Below the pieces are notes generated by a model. It saw nothing but the letters and a program-made list of their open reading frames with translations. It searched no databases and was not told the DNA's origin. A DNA stretch of 64,000 nt from Candidatus Undinarchaeota archaeon (GTDB lineage Archaea; SpSt-1190; JASMDC01). The DNA is taken from positions 7,351 through 71,350 of the forward strand of contig CAZFHY010000019.1 of assembly GCA_964519305.1 (NCBI GenBank). Reading direction: 5' to 3'. A program made the position numbers and the translations under genes. This document shows, in pieces, positions 17,851-27,093 of the stretch (position 1 is the first letter of the stretch; each line of letters opens with the position of its first letter).

Positions 17851-20800
17851 GTGTTGCCACGGCAGGTGTTCATCGTGATAGGGCGAACCTCGTGGACAGT
17901 GCTATTCGCACTGACTATGCTAATGCTCCTCGTCGTGGGGAACGGAGAGGGCACAGGGTCCGGTACGGGGCAATCCCAGAACACTGCGGACAATGCAGTG
18001 GACTTCTCGCAGTTCTTCAGCGAGAGCGAACAGGAGATGCTCGAGACCAACGAGGAACTGGAGGCAGTAAGGGCCAACCTCTTGCTCGCCATTTCGGAGT
18101 GTTCTGCCAAGGAGGAGGAACGTCTCCAGGCGTGGCAGACGCTAGAGCAGAAGCGCGTGATCATGGAGCAGCGTCAGGAGGTCCTCGGTCAGCGGACGGA
18201 AGTGCGTGTCGAGAAGGAGACGGTGCGCGACGACAAGCAGACTGACTTAGATGGGAAACAGGCAGCGCTCAATGCATGTGAGGACTGCTCTTGTGGTGAG
18301 GGCGAGACCGATTGCAGCTGTGATTGTAGCAGTGAGCGGAGCGCACGTGATAATGCCCAGACGGAGCTCAACACGGCACAGACCGAGCTCGACGATGCCA
18401 TCGATCTTGAGACCACCGCCCAGGATAACTTCGACACTGCCGATACCGAGCACACGACGGCCGAGACCGAGTTCACCGCGTCTGCTGAGTGTGCCGACGG
18501 AGCCTGCCTTGTTCAGGGCGACCTCGAAGGTGTTGACCTCCGCCAGGGTGGATGCAGCGAGGGTCCTTGTGTGTCCTTCTCCACCGATGACGCAACGATC
18601 ACCAGTAGCGTCGAATCGCAAGTGGGGGAGGATCCGGAGATTATCGAGACAACGACGGATGCCGAGTTGGAGGTGGCCTTCACCGACATGGAGGTGGCCT
18701 TCACCGATATGGACGCCCCGGAAGCGATGACCACCGACTTCGACGCAGCAGCAGGCGACTTCCTGATAGACGGTGCGAACCGACTTGAAGACCTAATAAT
18801 CTACTCGGAGACCATGGCAGAGGCCTATAACGAACTGGGGATCGCCATGGGGGAGGACAACGAGGAGCTCACGGCCTATCTCGAGGGAAAGGACCCCCTG
18901 GGCCTCACTCCCGCCGAGCTCGAGGACCTGTTCACGTTCGTGATGGATACGAAGGACGAGCTCCCTGTCGACGACAACCACTTCTTCGACGCCATGCGCT
19001 ATCTCTCTAGCGAGGAGGGCGAGCTCTTCCTCGCTGACGTAGAGGAAAAATCACTGGCCGGCACGATCAGCGGTCTGAACATGGACAAGGAAACGCTCGA
19101 GAGCGTCATCGACGATCTTCAGGAGGAGAAGGAGTTCTATCAAATGCTCCTGTTCTGGGCCATGGAACCGGAGGACATCGCCTGGGTTCTGGAGGAGATC
19201 GCGCTAATAGAGGGGTTCCAGGACGCTCTCAGGAGTGAGGTCACCCGGATCGACTCGGAGATGGTGGAGCTCAACGAACAGCGCGAGAAGGCAGAGGCGG
19301 ATAGGACGGCCATCAAGGAGAGCCTCGAAGCGGCCGAGGCGAAGGCAGCAACCGCTAGGAACGCCCTCAACAAGTGTAATACGGACGGGTGTGACGAGAA
19401 CACGGTGGCCGCACTACAACTGGACCTACAGCAGGCCGAAGAGGAAAGGAACCTCTTGCAGACCCAGCTCGAGGAGACGAACACGTTGCTCGAGGAGCTG
19501 GACGCTAAAGGTGGCGCGCTCGAGGAGGAGAAAGAGAGCCTCGAGACCACCGTGAACACATTCGACGACATCATCGAGGGCGAGGATGTGGACCCCGATG
19601 CGCTCACCACTCTGGTGGACATCACAAAGAACAAGGCGACGGAGACTGTCGATACGATCGATGAACAGATCGATCTGAAGAAGGACGAGCAGGGTCAGAT
19701 CACCATCACGATCGACCAGAGCCAGAACGATCTGGAGGACAAGCAGGCCCAGACCGAGAAGGAGCGGCAGGAGCTCGCGCAGCGGCAGCTCGAAGAGGCT
19801 CAGAAGAGGGAGCAGGAGCTTAAGCAGACAAAGACCGAGCTCTCAACGGGCCTCACAGCAGCAGAGGAAAAGCTTGCTTATATCGAGGAACAGCTCAAGG
19901 CAGCGACCGAGGAGGGGGACAAGAAGACTCTGGAGGACCTCAAGCAACAGGTCATCAAGGAACGCGAGGAGCTGGAAAGCCAGCTCGGGGAGATAGCCGA
20001 CCAGATCGATCAGGCGCGGGGCCGTCGTCATGAGCTCGAGGACAAGTACGGGGTAGGCAATCCCGAACAGCGGGCCGCTGAGAGCCATATCGACGAGGTG
20101 AAGGTCCAAGAAAATCAGCTCGAAAAGAATCACGAGCGGCTCACCACCGACATCAAGGAGAAGGAGCAGGTGCTCGCGACCATCGAGGAGCAGCTCAAGG
20201 GGGCCTCCACTGACGAGGAACGGAAGCAGCTCGAGGAGCAGAAGGCGATCGTGCTCAATGAGCGCGACCAGCTGTCCACCCAGCTCGAGGACGTAAAACA
20301 GGAACTCGAACAGGCCGCAACGCAGCGTCAGGAGCTCGAGAAGAAGTACGAGGAGCAGTACGGAGCAGCTCCGCCGGAGGCCGAGCCCAAGACCGCTGAT
20401 AAAACGGAGGAGAAGCCCGGGACGGTGGAGGAGGCGACCGGTGCTTTCGAGTCGGTCATCGAGAACATCGAGCAGGCCGGCGTGGGGATCGAGGGCGAGG
20501 AAGCCGTGACCGAGGCCCCTCCCAACGCCAATCCGAACGTCGAGTTCCTCAACGCTGTTACGGAGACTCTGGAACGGGTGGGCCAGTCAGCGGCCAATGA
20601 AGAACGTGACGAGGATGAACCGGAGGGACCTCCGGAATCCAAGCCGCCGAAGAAGGAGAAAAAGAAGTCGGAACCCGTGATAATCCCTCCGCCAGTAGCC
20701 TCCTACGTGGACCCATTCCCCGCGCAGTACAGCCCTATCGGGACCATGTCCGTCATCGAGGAGCCGCTCGTTGCCGTAGCGGCCGCACAGCCCCCGTCAC

Positions 20801-21534
20801 CGCCCTCTACCTCGGCGCCCGTGACCCCTGCAGGCCCGGTCCAACCGTCGCAGCCCGGAGAGGTCGTGACGGCACCGCGCCAGCTCGATCCAGTGGATGC
20901 GGCCGACCTCGCGGCCGTGTTCGTGGACGGGGAACAGCTCGAAACGCCGGACGGCGCCACTATTCTCGTGGACTCGACGACCAACGAGGTGTACAAGGTG
21001 ACCCAGGAGGGAGTGGAGACCACGGGGACCGACCAGCTCCACATCCAGGAACGGGTGGACCCGCTCACCGGCGATACCGAGTACTATGCTGTCGTGGGCA
21101 ACGTCACCGATGAGAACTCCACCCTTGATGATATCGCAGAAGGGAACGCGACCGACATAGCCGAGGAGGCCATCATCGAGATCCGCTACCTGGACGATGC
21201 CAAGAACGTCCTGTTCATAGGTCCGCGATGCCAGATGACCAACCTCACGGACGTAGATGTGCGTGTGGTGACCCTCAACGATACTGTCATCAATGCAACC
21301 AAGAACGAGACCAATGCAACCGTGATGCTGCTGGACATCTCGTGCGTCCCCGCAGTGACCATGGACGAGGACGATCCTGAGGCGAATGTCGTCACCTTCC
21401 TTGAGGAGATGGAGTGCTTCGGTGCCGAAGTGGGGCGATGCCTGGACATCGAACTGTACATGGTGGTCATAGGTAAGGACGAGAACCTCTGGGAGGTCCA
21501 GTGCATCGAGAAGCTCTATTCAGGGATCGAATGA
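17851..21534 (+). CDS. Giant secreted/anchored coiled-coil protein (1227 aa) with a C-terminal N-glycosylation-sequon-rich globular domain
   Basis: GTG start. N-terminal hydrophobic signal/anchor. About 800 aa of acidic heptad-rich alpha-helical sequence with internal ~77-aa repeats (IEEQLK...ELE.KY..). A CxC cluster (CEDCSCGEGETDCSCDCSS). A Pro-rich linker. The C-terminal domain carries 8 N-x-S/T sequons within 80 aa. Confidence 0.7.
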   Translation: MLPRQVFIVIGRTSWTVLFALTMLMLLVVGNGEGTGSGTGQSQNTADNAVDFSQFFSESEQEMLETNEELEAVRANLLLAISECSAKEEERLQAWQTLEQKRVIMEQRQEVLGQRTEVRVEKETVRDDKQTDLDGKQAALNACEDCSCGEGETDCSCDCSSERSARDNAQTELNTAQTELDDAIDLETTAQDNFDTADTEHTTAETEFTASAECADGACLVQGDLEGVDLRQGGCSEGPCVSFSTDDATITSSVESQVGEDPEIIETTTDAELEVAFTDMEVAFTDMDAPEAMTTDFDAAAGDFLIDGANRLEDLIIYSETMAEAYNELGIAMGEDNEELTAYLEGKDPLGLTPAELEDLFTFVMDTKDELPVDDNHFFDAMRYLSSEEGELFLADVEEKSLAGTISGLNMDKETLESVIDDLQEEKEFYQMLLFWAMEPEDIAWVLEEIALIEGFQDALRSEVTRIDSEMVELNEQREKAEADRTAIKESLEAAEAKAATARNALNKCNTDGCDENTVAALQLDLQQAEEERNLLQTQLEETNTLLEELDAKGGALEEEKESLETTVNTFDDIIEGEDVDPDALTTLVDITKNKATETVDTIDEQIDLKKDEQGQITITIDQSQNDLEDKQAQTEKERQELAQRQLEEAQKREQELKQTKTELSTGLTAAEEKLAYIEEQLKAATEEGDKKTLEDLKQQVIKEREELESQLGEIADQIDQARGRRHELEDKYGVGNPEQRAAESHIDEVKVQENQLEKNHERLTTDIKEKEQVLATIEEQLKGASTDEERKQLEEQKAIVLNERDQLSTQLEDVKQELEQAATQRQELEKKYEEQYGAAPPEAEPKTADKTEEKPGTVEEATGAFESVIENIEQAGVGIEGEEAVTEAPPNANPNVEFLNAVTETLERVGQSAANEERDEDEPEGPPESKPPKKEKKKSEPVIIPPPVASYVDPFPAQYSPIGTMSVIEEPLVAVAAAQPPSPPSTSAPVTPAGPVQPSQPGEVVTAPRQLDPVDAADLAAVFVDGEQLETPDGATILVDSTTNEVYKVTQEGVETTGTDQLHIQERVDPLTGDTEYYAVVGNVTDENSTLDDIAEGNATDIAEEAIIEIRYLDDAKNVLFIGPRCQMTNLTDVDVRVVTLNDTVINATKNETNATVMLLDISCVPAVTMDEDDPEANVVTFLEEMECFGAEVGRCLDIELYMVVIGKDENLWEVQCIEKLYSGIE

Positions 21535-22115
21535 TGGTGCGGCCGATAGCGGTCATAGGTGTCCTAATAATCCTCACATCGTCACTGGTGCTCGCCGAAC
21601 CGGGCTTCGCACGGGTCAACCTCAGTCAGTCAGCGGGTAAGGTCTGTCCCGGACAAATGATATCCCTGACCGTGGACATCACTAACGAGCTCAACACGGC
21701 AGCATTGTTCACCGTAGATGTCAGGTTCTCGCTACCGGGCCGCTCGGTGCGAGTGAACGAGATGGTTAATATCGGGACGGGCGAGACCTATAATCACCCT
21801 GTGACCGCCAAGCTCCACAAGATTGATCCCGGCATCTATCCGATTACGGTGACCGTTTCCACGGACATAGCTCGGGGGACCGTGATCGTGGAAGGCGCGT
21901 TGGACGTTGTCGCCTGCACGGACGAACCGCCCGCGTCCGAGCGCCCTGCTGCCCCGGGCGCATATAGCGGAACCCTCTCGGCCAGCATTATCGGACTTTT
22001 CGTGCTCCTCATGCTGGGCGTCGTGATACGCGTACGTCGTAACGGACCACAGGCCGTCCAGCCTCCCGTCTACCAGGGCTACTACAACCAGCCGGTCTAT
22101 CGGCGGCCTTACTGA
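21531..22115 (+). CDS. Small secreted CARDB-like protein with a C-terminal TM helix and a Q/Y-rich tail
   Basis: ATGA overlap with the upstream giant gene. Signal peptide, one beta-sandwich domain, a TM helix (IIGLFVLLMLGVVI) and a cytoplasmic tail PPVYQGYYNQPVYRRPY. Confidence 0.55.
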   Translation: MMVRPIAVIGVLIILTSSLVLAEPGFARVNLSQSAGKVCPGQMISLTVDITNELNTAALFTVDVRFSLPGRSVRVNEMVNIGTGETYNHPVTAKLHKIDPGIYPITVTVSTDIARGTVIVEGALDVVACTDEPPASERPAAPGAYSGTLSASIIGLFVLLMLGVVIRVRRNGPQAVQPPVYQGYYNQPVYRRPY

Positions 22116-23114
22116 TCATGACGAGGACTGTGCATCGCTCCCTTCGAGCGATTCAACGGTCTCCTCTAGGACCTCTAGCGGATCCTTGCCCTTGATTCGC
22201 GCGACCTTATCCCTGAGAACGGCGATCCTCTTCTCGAACCTTCCATGTTCCTCGATATCGAAGGGGAATAGGTCCTCCTCTGCCTCGTCAAGGCGCGCAA
22301 GGAGACTGGGCTTAAGGGCGGGATCATGTTCCTTGATGTCCTTCTCGATGGCTTTAAGGAGCTCGGTCATGATACGCACGTTGGGCGTCTCGATATAGGT
22401 GCGTTTCTCGTGCTTTCGTTTGCGTGGCTGGTGATGTCGGTGGGCTCGTGGTGGCATGTACACCATCCTGAGGTCGTACGCGCTGGAGAGCCGGGACATG
22501 AGGCCGATGATGCGTCCCAGGCGCCGGTCCACATCCTCCACGATATGGAAACGTTTCCGATTTACGGTGAGGGTGTCAGCGATGGACCGCAGGTCATCCA
22601 CGAGGCTCTCGGCCCGTGGACGGTCCTGGCATGTGCGGACCTGACGCTCGAACTTCGCGAGGTCGCGATCGACATGCGCGAGGACAGATTCCTGGGTAGA
22701 AAGTTCGAGCGGGAGGTCTGTGGTATCGACCCCTACCGATGCCAGCATGTTCAGGAGTCCGGTATGGACCTGCATGACCTCCTTCCGTGCTTCAGCGTTC
22801 TCTTCACCGGTGAGCGAGCGCTCGATGTCGTACAGGTCGCGAAGGAGCTCCCGGGCGAGATCGACCTTCGGGATGTAACGCGCAGTGTCTATACAGCGTT
22901 CTAAACGCTGTCTGAGTTCTGGCGTGAGCACCGAGGCATCGAGCCTTGCACTGGACCGGCCCTTCTTCTCAGTGGCGTGTTCCTTGTCCGTTCCACCCTC
23001 GAGCGCCTCGACACGCGAGAGGATGGCGTCCTGCTGCGAACCCATCCGCTCGAGCTGTGAGAACATCTCCTTCTGCTGGGCGAGCAGCTTCCGGAGCAGT
23101 TCGGCCTCCTCCAT
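22116..23114 (-). CDS. Hypothetical cytoplasmic coiled-coil protein
   Basis: 332 aa, charged and helical. No recognised family. Confidence 0.45.
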   Translation of the reverse strand: MEEAELLRKLLAQQKEMFSQLERMGSQQDAILSRVEALEGGTDKEHATEKKGRSSARLDASVLTPELRQRLERCIDTARYIPKVDLARELLRDLYDIERSLTGEENAEARKEVMQVHTGLLNMLASVGVDTTDLPLELSTQESVLAHVDRDLAKFERQVRTCQDRPRAESLVDDLRSIADTLTVNRKRFHIVEDVDRRLGRIIGLMSRLSSAYDLRMVYMPPRAHRHHQPRKRKHEKRTYIETPNVRIMTELLKAIEKDIKEHDPALKPSLLARLDEAEEDLFPFDIEEHGRFEKRIAVLRDKVARIKGKDPLEVLEETVESLEGSDAQSSS

Positions 23115-23136
23115 CGCATCGAGCCTTGAAGGGTAA

Positions 23137-23147
23137 TTTTTTAAATA
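23137..23147 (+). promoter_or_regulatory. TATA box for tRNA-Trp
   Basis: TTTTTTAAATA lies about 32 nt upstream of the tRNA 5' end. Confidence 0.4.
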
Positions 23148-23178
23148 CCTCCCGCCACATCAGAAATCACATCCTTGT

Positions 23179-23272
23179 GGGGACATAGTGTAGCTAGGCA
23201 GCACGGTGGGCTCCAGAATCCATTCACGGCTGTGGAAACCCGCAAACTAGGGTTCAAATCCCTATGTCCCCA
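23179..23272 (+). tRNA. tRNA-Trp (anticodon CCA) with a 21-nt intron at the canonical 37/38 position
   Basis: Manual fold. 7-bp acceptor stem GGGGACA/TGTCCCC with discriminator A. D-arm GTGT/GCAC. Anticodon stem GTGGG/CCCGC. Loop CU-CCA-G, an intron of roughly 23217..23237, then A. T-arm TAGGG-TTCAAAT-CCCTA. No encoded CCA. Confidence 0.8.
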
Positions 23273-23331
23273 CTCCTTTATCCTTCCCTGTCCGAACACT
23301 TTTTAACGCTTCAGGCTTTCGTCCAGCGCCC

Positions 23332-23916
23332 ATGTCCATCGAGGAGGAGTTCGGTGTCAAGATAGTCGCTGAGAGCGCAATGTGCCCTATCTGCGGCAAG
23401 GATGACGTTGTGGTCTCAAAGCGCGAGCACAAGGGCGGGGACCTTGAGGGCGTGACGGAGATATTCAACCATTGTCGCTCGTGCTCGTATCGCGCCTCCG
23501 ATGTGTTCCCTTCAGCGGGAGGTGAACCCAAACGCTATACTTTCCGCGTACGTTCAAACAAGGATCTCGATGTACGTGTTGTGAAGTCCTCCACCGCGAC
23601 CGTGCACATCCCCGAGCTCGGGGTTGATATTGAGCCGGGACCCGCGTCCAAGGGGTATATCACCAACGTGGAGGGCGTGCTCGAGCGGGTGAAGGAAGCG
23701 ATACACATGGCCCGGTCCTGGGAGACGACGGACGAGGGAAGGGCGCGCTGCGACGAGAAGCTCGCCACCATCGATGCGTTGATCGATGGGAGCTCCTTCA
23801 CACCCTTCCGTCTGATCCTTGAGGATATATTCGGCAACTGCCTCATCATCTCGAAGAAGGCCAAGGCCGCGACCCTATCACCTGAAGAGATAGATCGGAT
23901 CGTCACACAGGGATGA
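23332..23916 (+). CDS. ZPR1-type zinc-finger protein (archaeal COG1779-like)
   Basis: CxxC-x24-CxxC zinc ribbon followed by the ZPR1 beta-domain motif ILEDIFGN(C) (compare ILEDPxGNS). Confidence 0.65.
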   Translation: MSIEEEFGVKIVAESAMCPICGKDDVVVSKREHKGGDLEGVTEIFNHCRSCSYRASDVFPSAGGEPKRYTFRVRSNKDLDVRVVKSSTATVHIPELGVDIEPGPASKGYITNVEGVLERVKEAIHMARSWETTDEGRARCDEKLATIDALIDGSSFTPFRLILEDIFGNCLIISKKAKAATLSPEEIDRIVTQG

Positions 23917-23967
23917 GAAAGGGGTGCGCCCGGCCCCCTGTGGACCGGGCGAGCTTAGAAGGGCGTC

Positions 23968-24543
23968 TCACCAGTTCTCGGCAAGGAGCTGGAAGTGTGC
24001 TTGCGGATGGGCGCAGGCAGGGCACTCCTCGGGAGCCTCAGGCCCCTCGTGGACGAACCCGCAGTTGTTGCACTTCCACTTCACCGGCCGGTCCTTCTTG
24101 AACACTGTGCCGTTCTCGATGTTCGCAAGGAGGCCTAGATAGCGCTTCTCATGCTGCTTCTCGGCGATAGCGATGGACCTCATGACCGTGGCGATCTCGG
24201 GGAATCCCTCCTCATCTGCGATGTCGGCGAACTCCGGGTACATGGATGTGTACTCATGGTTCTCACCGGCAGCGGATGCCTTGAGGTTCTCGGCGGTCGA
24301 GCCGATGATGCCTGCAGGGAACGCACCGGTGATCTCGACCTCGCCCCCCTTGAGGAACTTGAAGAGCTTCTTCGCATGCTCCCTCTCGTTATCGGCCGTC
24401 TCCAGGAATACGTTCTGGATCTGGACAAAGCCCTCCTTCTTGGCCTTGGAGGCAAAGAAACCGTAGCGGTTCCGTGCCTGGGACTCGCCAGCGAATGCTG
24501 TGAGTATGTTCTTTTCGGTCCTTGTTCCTTTCAGTTCAGGCAT
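23968..24543 (-). CDS. rbr: Rubrerythrin
   Basis: Diiron four-helix bundle ExxH motifs (EREH, EKQHE) plus a C-terminal rubredoxin-like CNNC...CPAC domain. Confidence 0.9.
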   Translation of the reverse strand: MPELKGTRTEKNILTAFAGESQARNRYGFFASKAKKEGFVQIQNVFLETADNEREHAKKLFKFLKGGEVEITGAFPAGIIGSTAENLKASAAGENHEYTSMYPEFADIADEEGFPEIATVMRSIAIAEKQHEKRYLGLLANIENGTVFKKDRPVKWKCNNCGFVHEGPEAPEECPACAHPQAHFQLLAENW

Positions 24544-24582
24544 TTTCTGTTCACCTTCGCATATGGGATTTTGGTCACTACC

Positions 24583-24969
24583 TCAGATCGTCGTCATCCA
24601 CAGGCCGTGGACGGTGCAGTGCTCACGCACCGCGATGATCTTCTCGCCGGTGCAGTCGCAGAACAGGGCCTCAGGTGCCTGTCCTGGCTTCAGGAACACG
24701 ATATGTGTAGCTATATCAGTGACGAGCTCGATCCACTCGATGAAGTGGTTCTCCTCCATGGGATGGGTCACCGAGCCCACGATCACCTTCAGACCGCCGT
24801 CGGTCGTCTCGATGACGGGGAGGTGCTTCTCCATGCCTTGGTCCTCTTTCTTCTCCTCGAGTAGAATCATCTTGCGGGCGCAGCACACGAGCTCTCCCCC
24901 GCTGGCGTGTACGACCTCGATGATGTTACCGCACACGTCGCATTTGTAGACTTCCAGCCTCTTGGTCAT
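24583..24969 (-). CDS. dfx: Desulfoferrodoxin (2Fe superoxide reductase)
   Basis: N-terminal desulforedoxin centre CDVC...CC. SOR domain with four His and Cys-x2-His ligands (EKHLPV, THPME, NHFIEW, EHCTVHG). Confidence 0.85.
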   Translation of the reverse strand: MTKRLEVYKCDVCGNIIEVVHASGGELVCCARKMILLEEKKEDQGMEKHLPVIETTDGGLKVIVGSVTHPMEENHFIEWIELVTDIATHIVFLKPGQAPEALFCDCTGEKIIAVREHCTVHGLWMTTI

Positions 24970-25005
24970 TTCATATCAACCTCTTGCACACTTTTCTAGG
25001 CCCGT

Positions 25006-25470
25006 TTAAGCGGTGTCCGCCGGAGGGTGGGGTGTATCACAGTGATCGCAGTCATGATCGCAGTTCGCGTGCACGGGGAGCACAGTCCCTTCTCCATTGC
25101 GTGTCCTGTAGTCCTTGATGGCCGCGTGAAGGGCATCAGCAGCGAGGTTCGAGCAGTGCATCTTCTTTGGCGGGAGCCCGTCCAGCTCGTCCGCCACGTC
25201 CTGACGCGTGATCTTCATGGCCTCTTCGATGTTCATGCCCTTGGCCAGCTCGGTGACCATGCTGCTCGTGGCGATGGCAGAACCGCACCCGAAGGTCCGG
25301 AACTTGATCTCTGTGATGATGTCGTTATTCACGGTGATGAATATCTCCATGAGGTCGCCGCAGACCGGATTACCGACCTTACCGTACCCATCGGCGTCCT
25401 CGATGACACCGACGTTGCGGGGATTCATGAAGTGCTCCATTACCTTCTTGCTGTAGCCGACTTGTGTCAT
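25006..25470 (-). CDS. iscU: IscU/NifU-type Fe-S scaffold with a Cys/His-rich C-terminal tail
   Basis: Conserved scaffold Cys residues (PVCGD, FGCGSAIA, HCSNLAADA). An extra ~25-aa tail HANCDHDCDHCDTPHPP. Confidence 0.85.
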   Translation of the reverse strand: MTQVGYSKKVMEHFMNPRNVGVIEDADGYGKVGNPVCGDLMEIFITVNNDIITEIKFRTFGCGSAIATSSMVTELAKGMNIEEAMKITRQDVADELDGLPPKKMHCSNLAADALHAAIKDYRTRNGEGTVLPVHANCDHDCDHCDTPHPPADTA

Positions 25471-25482
25471 GTGACCACGTCC

Positions 25483-26634
25483 TCATAACGGGGATAGGTT
25501 TCTTAATCTTTCGACAGTGTTCCGGGCGGAGTCGACCACCGCGGGCACCTGCTCCATGGTGTTGGACCGCCCGAGGGTGAGCACCATGGAACCATGCGCT
25601 TGCTCATGCTTGAGCCCGATGGCAAGGAGTACATGGGACGCCTCCAGAGTGCGCGAGGTACAGGCCGAACCGGTGGCCATAGCGATGCCGTACATGTCCA
25701 TGCACAGCAGGATGCTCTCGCCCTCGATCCGACCGAACCGGAAACTAGCATGATGGGGCAATCGTCTCTCGGGATGGCCGGTAAGATGGGAGTCCTCGAT
25801 GGCGAGGATGCCCTTGATGAGCGCATCCCGGACGCCCCGAAGCCGTTCGCTCTCCCCGGTCATCTCGTTCTGGATTAGGCGAGCCGCTTCGCCCATGCCC
25901 GCAATGGCGAACACGTTCTCTGTACCAGAGCGGAGACCCTCTTCCTGTCCGCCCCCGGGGAGCACCGTCTGCAGCTTCACACCAGGTGCTACATAGAGGG
26001 CACCTGCCCCCGGTGGGCCACCTAATGTGTTCCCAGAGAGCGTGAGCAGGTCGATGCCGTCCCTCTGGACGTCAATGGGGATGCGCCCCGCCGTTGCGGT
26101 GGCGTCCACATGAAGGTACCTGCCCTTCTCATGGACTATCGTGGACACCTCCTTGATGGGCTGGATAGTACCGATCTCGTTGTTGGCGTACATGACCGAT
26201 GTCACTATTGTAGCGTCGGTCAATAGACCTTCCAGCGCTCCTAGGTCGATGAGCCCGGTACCGTCCACCGGGGCGAGGGCCAGCTCGAATCCCTGCTTGG
26301 CCAGGTCCTTCATAGGATTGAGCACGGAGATGTGCTCGATAGCGCTGGCCACAACGGCCTTTCCCTTGTTCATGTTCCGGAGAGCGGTCCCCCTTATGGC
26401 GAGGTTGTTCGCCTCGGTGGCACCGCTCGTGAAGATGATCTTGCCCTTCTCATCTGCATTGATCAGGGTGGCGATCCGTTCCCGTGCGTCCTCCACCGCC
26501 TGCTTGGTACCGAGACCGTCCGAGTGCAGGGAGGATGGGTTCCCGACGTCCTCTACGAGGTATCTCTGGGCGAAGGCGAGGACCCGCGGGTCCACTGGTG
26601 TCGCCGAGCCGTTGTCCAAGTAGATACGGTCCAT
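25483..26634 (-). CDS. IscS/NifS-family protein LACKING the PLP-binding lysine (SGNT in place of SGHK)
   Basis: Aligns end-to-end with class I cysteine desulfurases. The active-site Cys loop is conserved (GSACTS) and so are the PLP-pocket His/Asp (EHISV, HVDAT), but the Schiff-base motif reads LSGNTLGG; the codons were verified on the reverse strand at 26026-26037. Start set at MDRIYLDN. Confidence 0.8.
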   Translation of the reverse strand: MDRIYLDNGSATPVDPRVLAFAQRYLVEDVGNPSSLHSDGLGTKQAVEDARERIATLINADEKGKIIFTSGATEANNLAIRGTALRNMNKGKAVVASAIEHISVLNPMKDLAKQGFELALAPVDGTGLIDLGALEGLLTDATIVTSVMYANNEIGTIQPIKEVSTIVHEKGRYLHVDATATAGRIPIDVQRDGIDLLTLSGNTLGGPPGAGALYVAPGVKLQTVLPGGGQEEGLRSGTENVFAIAGMGEAARLIQNEMTGESERLRGVRDALIKGILAIEDSHLTGHPERRLPHHASFRFGRIEGESILLCMDMYGIAMATGSACTSRTLEASHVLLAIGLKHEQAHGSMVLTLGRSNTMEQVPAVVDSARNTVERLRNLSPL

Positions 26635-26648
26635 CTCAATCCCCCCGT

Positions 26649-27011
26649 CTAGAACCACATGGTCGCGCCAGCGTCCAAGGCAAGGTCGTTGAGGGTGGCG
26701 GCCCCGACGATCTTTACACCGTCACGCAACTCCGCCTTCTCCCAGCCGAGCATCCGCTTTGACGCTTCACAGACATAGACTGTGATCCCCATCTCGATGG
26801 TCTTTGCGAGCATCTCGCCCACGCTGGGAAAGTCACCGATCTTGATCTTCTCGGCCTCACCGGGGACAAGCACCCGTAAAGACGTCCCGAGGTAGTACAC
26901 GATAGGTTCAAGGTCCATTGCCTTTGCTGTCTGTGCCAGGACCAGAGGTGAATACTGTCTCTCGGGAGCATCGCTCGTCTGGACATAGAGGATCGATTTC
27001 TCGTTCTTCAT
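26649..27011 (-). CDS. DsrE/DsrF-like sulfur-relay family protein
   Basis: ~120 aa. DsrE-like fold motifs (ILYVQTS...VYVCEAS). ATG start with a GGAG SD; the ORF track's TTG-extended start was rejected. Confidence 0.6.
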   Translation of the reverse strand: MKNEKSILYVQTSDAPERQYSPLVLAQTAKAMDLEPIVYYLGTSLRVLVPGEAEKIKIGDFPSVGEMLAKTIEMGITVYVCEASKRMLGWEKAELRDGVKIVGAATLNDLALDAGATMWF

Positions 27012-27078
27012 CGTTCCGGTCTCCTTGGTGGTCCGATCCACCAACAGTATTATATACGCGAAAACTATAAATACTTTA

Positions 27079-27093
27079 TTGTACTAATTACAA
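27079..27093. promoter_or_regulatory. 7-1-7 imperfect palindrome TTGTACT-A-ATTACAA (candidate Fur/PerR box) in the divergent promoter
   Basis: Sits between the TATA-like CTATAAATA (27065-27073, plus direction) and TATATAATA (27047-27055, minus direction). Overlaps the expected plus-strand transcription start of the perR-led operon. Confidence 0.4.
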
